This document shows, one piece after another, positions 61,143 to 64,000 of a stretch of DNA of 64,000 bases. The position numbers and the translations under genes are program-made. Origin of the DNA: an uncultured Phycisphaerales bacterium (GTDB lineage: Bacteria > Planctomycetota > Phycisphaerae > SM23-33). How positions within the stretch are numbered: position 1 is the first letter of the stretch; each line of letters begins with the position of its first letter. Below the pieces are notes generated by a model. The model did no database searches and had not been told where the DNA came from. It saw only the letters and a program-made list of their open reading frames with translations. Location: assembly GCA_965369385.1 (NCBI GenBank), contig CBDUQP010000001.1, positions 4,628 through 68,627 of the forward strand, given 5' to 3'.

Positions 61143-61484
61143 GCCCAATAGCCCGCAACACCAATAGCCCAACTCCCAATATCCGCCGGCCATCAAACAA
61201 GCGATCCAATCAAGTCATTTCACCCAAAGTTCATTTCGCCAAGCCACGCAAGAACGCCGCTCGTTTGAGTGGCAAGAATGGTCTGGCCGGGCGAACATTG
61301 AACCACCTGCGCAGGCGTGTTGAGCGGGCAGGTGCGAGCCTTGACAATATCAACGTTCGGCGCCAGCGAAAGCTGGGTATAGAGATATGCGGAGAGATCG
61401 CGCCGTAACTGCCTGTTGCAGATAACCGCAGGGATGATCCCCATGGGCAAAGGGCGAGATCTAGCCCCAGACAAGGTAAAAATG

Positions 61485-62228
61485 CTAAGCTTCTGGGATC
61501 CCGATTCGTGACAGGTATGCGGAAAATCGCTGGGATATCTTTTCTCGGTAGAAGTTCTCAAGATTTGTGCAGAACTTCTCGGGGCCGAGTTGGGATAGTG
61601 GCACGGTGAAGAAGTGCTTAAAATCGATCACGGCTCTGCTGAAGGTTATCTTGCTCGGCTGCGTGACATGTGTATTGTTGACGCAATGGTATCTGGGTCT
61701 CTGGTCGTTGGTGATGCTTTTTAAGACCCCAATGGGGATTGCCGTCATTTGCATGGCCAACGCCTCAAGGTGTTCTCCCGTTACCGTTTGAACCACGTCG
61801 AACAGTGGCGCAACCAGCGCTGACAAGAGTATCTTGTCATGTTTCTTCCCGCCTTTGCTCAGTTCGTCTCTTGCTTCGCTATTTCGCTCCAAGTCGCATG
61901 CTTGGGAGAGCACGATCACCCAGGGGTATGTTATCTCACTTAGTGAAACTGTGTTCCCCTGTCGGGACACGAGATAGGAACAGACATCCTTATATATTGC
62001 CCCTTGGCCAGCATCTCCCGTCGCTTCTGTCGCATCGAATAGTGATTCCGCAGCGTTCGTTTTGTCCTTCAGATCTGCGATGTATTTCTGGAAGCGCACT
62101 GTGTTGGAAGGGTAAACGTCTTCGCTGCGCAGATCGGTTGGCTCAGTAGGATATTCTGTCTTCTCTTGGTACTTGTCCTGTGTGCCGGTACTTGGAGGAT
62201 TCCCCGTATAGCTTCCATCATTCTGCAT
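61485..62228 (-). CDS. Hypothetical protein (247 aa) in the low-GC island; disordered N-terminal third
   Basis: ORF in a region of about 48% GC, against about 60% elsewhere. No recognisable motif. Overlaps the upstream ORF by 11 nt, suggesting a two-gene operon. Confidence 0.4.
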   Translation of the reverse strand: MQNDGSYTGNPPSTGTQDKYQEKTEYPTEPTDLRSEDVYPSNTVRFQKYIADLKDKTNAAESLFDATEATGDAGQGAIYKDVCSYLVSRQGNTVSLSEITYPWVIVLSQACDLERNSEARDELSKGGKKHDKILLSALVAPLFDVVQTVTGEHLEALAMQMTAIPIGVLKSITNDQRPRYHCVNNTHVTQPSKITFSRAVIDFKHFFTVPLSQLGPEKFCTNLENFYREKISQRFSAYLSRIGIPEA

Positions 62229-62985
62229 TCATAATCCCCCGCAGAGTGTCGGTGATCATTCCTTCAAACACTGATGTGGCTTTGTCATGGAACTTCTCCA
62301 GTGTTGACTCTATGTTCTCATATTCCAGAATCCCCAGTGAGAATACGTCAGTATCAATAATGTACTGCCGGGCCTTGATTGGTGCTGGGTGGTCGGGATT
62401 ATGAATGCCGTACTGGAGGACCACACGCATTGAGTCATACGTGTATTCCACGCGGTTAAACGCTCGTGATATCGCCTGCCGTTCTGCTGGTTTCTGTTTT
62501 CCTGAGGCGGTTACCAAGTATTCCTTAGAGATGTACTTGCCCCAGCTAAGAGGGGGAGTCTTGCCTCCTGCGTCGATGACGTCGATATACCTGATCCCCA
62601 ATCGTTTGAGCGTACAGTTGTCACGATATTCCCGCAAGACGTCCAAGACGTTCTCAAAGTCCGCTTTCAATGACTTAAAGGAATCATAGGAACTGTATTC
62701 TATGGAGAAGTGATCATTAGAGACCTTTATGATTCTCTTCTCCTCCATATCGGTAAACACCCATACATTAGCGGTGGTGACCTCGCCAGGGGTTTCAATC
62801 CCGTTTGCAGTGATCTTGAATCCACTAGCAATCATCTGCTCACGACTCGTGACCGGACCCTTCCTTCGCAGCTGTTTCGCCAATTCCTCAGGGCATTCTT
62901 CAGAAGACTTGTCTCCTATGGGAGACGGGTCAAGGAAGTCAGCGCGGATGATAATCTTGTCAAGAAAAGTTTTTTTGTATTCCAT
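62218..62985 (-). CDS. Hypothetical protein (255 aa) in the low-GC island
   Basis: Clean ORF with AGGAG-like sequence upstream. No catalytic motif recognisable by eye. Family unknown. Confidence 0.45.
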   Translation of the reverse strand: MEYKKTFLDKIIIRADFLDPSPIGDKSSEECPEELAKQLRRKGPVTSREQMIASGFKITANGIETPGEVTTANVWVFTDMEEKRIIKVSNDHFSIEYSSYDSFKSLKADFENVLDVLREYRDNCTLKRLGIRYIDVIDAGGKTPPLSWGKYISKEYLVTASGKQKPAERQAISRAFNRVEYTYDSMRVVLQYGIHNPDHPAPIKARQYIIDTDVFSLGILEYENIESTLEKFHDKATSVFEGMITDTLRGIMNAE

Positions 62986-63175
62986 GCTCCGCTCCTGTCG
63001 TCCGGGGGCATGTGGCTATTGCTTCTCGCCCCTTCCTGTTTCAATGTGTGGGAGTAGACTAACTCCTGTGGCCACGATATGCAACACGGGAACGTGTCCC
63101 CTTGTTCTCATACTCACATACTGGCCGCTGAGGACACATCTGATGCATGTGTCTTCCTTGATCTCGATTGTTTCT

Positions 63176-63250
63176 GTTCGGGCCAACGGTCTGGCAGGTG
63201 CTTAGCCGGAGTGTAAGCCGCATATCGCGGCGCAGCCCCCGGCACCCCAA
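63176..63250 (-). repeat. Copy E of the repeat family (short 3'-block fragment, reverse orientation) inside the low-GC island
   Basis: GTTCGGGCCAACGGTCTGGCAGGTGCTTAGCCGGAGTGTAAGCCGCATATCGCGGCGCAGCCCCCGG aligns with the reverse complement of copy B 40744-40810 (GTTCGGGCCGAAGGTCCGATGGGCAGTTAGCCGGGGGTCAGCCGCGACGTAAGTCGCGGTGCAGCCCCCGG). Confidence 0.6.
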
Positions 63251-63479
63251 ACCAGCCCGCCGCGACGGATCAGGTGAGAAGATGATCGGCCATCATCCGT
63301 GGCACAGCTTGACCACTGCTGCCACAGACTATGCGGGTGGCAATCGAGTTACCATCCCAAGTAGACAGCAATATGCCAATAGCTGCAGCAGTTATGTGTC
63401 ATAGAATCCAACAGGGTCTTTCACTAGCATCATCGTCCCACTCTTCTCTTTGGAGTTACGGGAACGTCGCGTCGCGATA

Positions 63480-64000
63480 CTAGTGCCTGCCAAAGCTTGG
63501 AAATTCTGGGCGAACTGCACCCATGTAGCTGCCCTGAAGTTTCTCAACAGGCTCTTTGTCATGCCCGTCACATCGCATGAAGACCAACTGGCCGATACGC
63601 TCCCTCGGTTTCAATGCGATCGCAGTGTTTGATATGTTGGCAATCTCAAGCGTCAGACAGCCACGGTAATTTGGGTGGACCCAAGGCGCAGTGGCTATGA
63701 CTATAAAGGTTCTTGCCCAAGACGAGCGAGTCAGTATTTGACCGCACAGATCAGCGGGAATCTTGATGAATTCCAGAGTCATGCCAAGGATCGCGTGGTG
63801 CGCAGGTATAATTACACTCTCATCATCGGGAACGTACAGCTCCTGACTCATCTCCTCAGGCGGAGTCAAGCCTGCTTCAAAACATGCGATTCGTCCTACA
63901 GTTGGCATGACGAAGTAGTGACCAAGTCTTATGTCTATGCTGTCCACGTCCCCGTTGTCCTCAGAGGCAAAAGACTCGAGGTCAAATGGGCAGACATGGA
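63480..64000 (-). CDS. Second, divergent dCTP deaminase/dUTPase-fold protein (partial; N-terminus beyond the window end)
   Basis: ILTRSSWARTFIVIATAPWVHPNYRGCLTLEIANISNTAIALKPRERIGQLVFMR aligns with the Dcd motif GRSSLARLGL...GWSGCIVLEF...LALRPGMLIGALSF. The frame stays open upstream of the track start (a GTG) to the window edge (...HVCPFDLESFASEDNGDVDSIDIRLGHYF is similar to Dcd ...INGATVDVRLGNKFRTF). Confidence 0.65.
   Translation of the reverse strand, partial: HVCPFDLESFASEDNGDVDSIDIRLGHYFVMPTVGRIACFEAGLTPPEEMSQELYVPDDESVIIPAHHAILGMTLEFIKIPADLCGQILTRSSWARTFIVIATAPWVHPNYRGCLTLEIANISNTAIALKPRERIGQLVFMRCDGHDKEPVEKLQGSYMGAVRPEFPSFGRH

Noticed and set aside
61220-61561. 113-aa minus-strand ORF overlapping the 3' end of the 247-aa island gene
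   Set aside because: It overlaps a better ORF, has no RBS, and its composition looks like a frame artefact.
1-64000. Transposase, integrase or recombinase genes that could mobilise the repeats or the low-GC island
   Set aside because: None of the ORFs shows DDE, tyrosine, or serine recombinase motifs. Any mobilising gene must lie outside the window, possibly beyond 64 kb.

Overview
This 64-kb window is high-GC (about 58-62%) with a lower-GC tail after about position 61,480. Gene content suggests an anaerobic or facultatively anaerobic PVC-like bacterium (Planctomycetota/Lentisphaerota/Kiritimatiellota-like): pflAB, nrdDG, feoB, many MoxR/DUF58/VWA 'Bat-like' genes, AraC and Gfo/Idh/MocA. That assignment is inference from gene content only. 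The six-frame track uses ATG/GTG/TTG starts and reports many antisense shadow ORFs. I kept about 45 features and moved some starts to better-supported ATGs. Non-CDS coordinates may be off by 1-2 nt because of hand counting.

Main content, left to right:
- N-terminus of a heavy-metal P1B-ATPase, truncated at the window edge.
- NUDIX hydrolase, APH/choline-kinase-like phosphotransferase, AraC regulator, Gfo/Idh/MocA oxidoreductase.
- A 1.27-kb noncoding region with TAACGGCA direct repeats.
- A seven-gene export-like operon: TolC-like OMP, a secreted protein with an MFP-like hairpin, COG1470/CARDB-like beta domains and a C-terminal TM anchor, an ABC ATPase, two paralogous ABC-2 permeases with coiled-coil C-terminal extensions, and a HEAT/TPR/CBM9-like protein.
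- A probably degraded GH42-like gene.
- A long FeoB without FeoA.
- A large MoxR-DUF58-VWA operon. It is preceded by an iron-type SBP and an FbpB-like double permease fused to a periplasmic NHL beta-propeller, and followed by GATase1-like membrane proteins and an ABC-2 ATPase/permease pair.
- Alkaline phosphatase.
- pflA/pflB, tRNA-His, hemL, leuS, a hybrid histidine kinase, amidohydrolase, NagB-like, lgt.
- A cobalamin riboswitch about 400 nt upstream of nrdDG, then dcd.

Most notable non-genic signal: a modular, hairpin-rich repeat family in at least five full or partial copies, in both orientations. One copy has about 29-nt terminal inverted repeats. The UUCG-capped stems show compensatory changes between copies. 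The copies cluster between 38 and 63 kb, flank an unknown 524-aa membrane-anchored protein, and abut tRNA-His.

Second candidate: a low-GC island at the right edge (61.5-64 kb). It holds two overlapping unknown ORFs and a second, divergent Dcd/dUTPase-fold gene immediately beside the housekeeping dcd and nrdDG.
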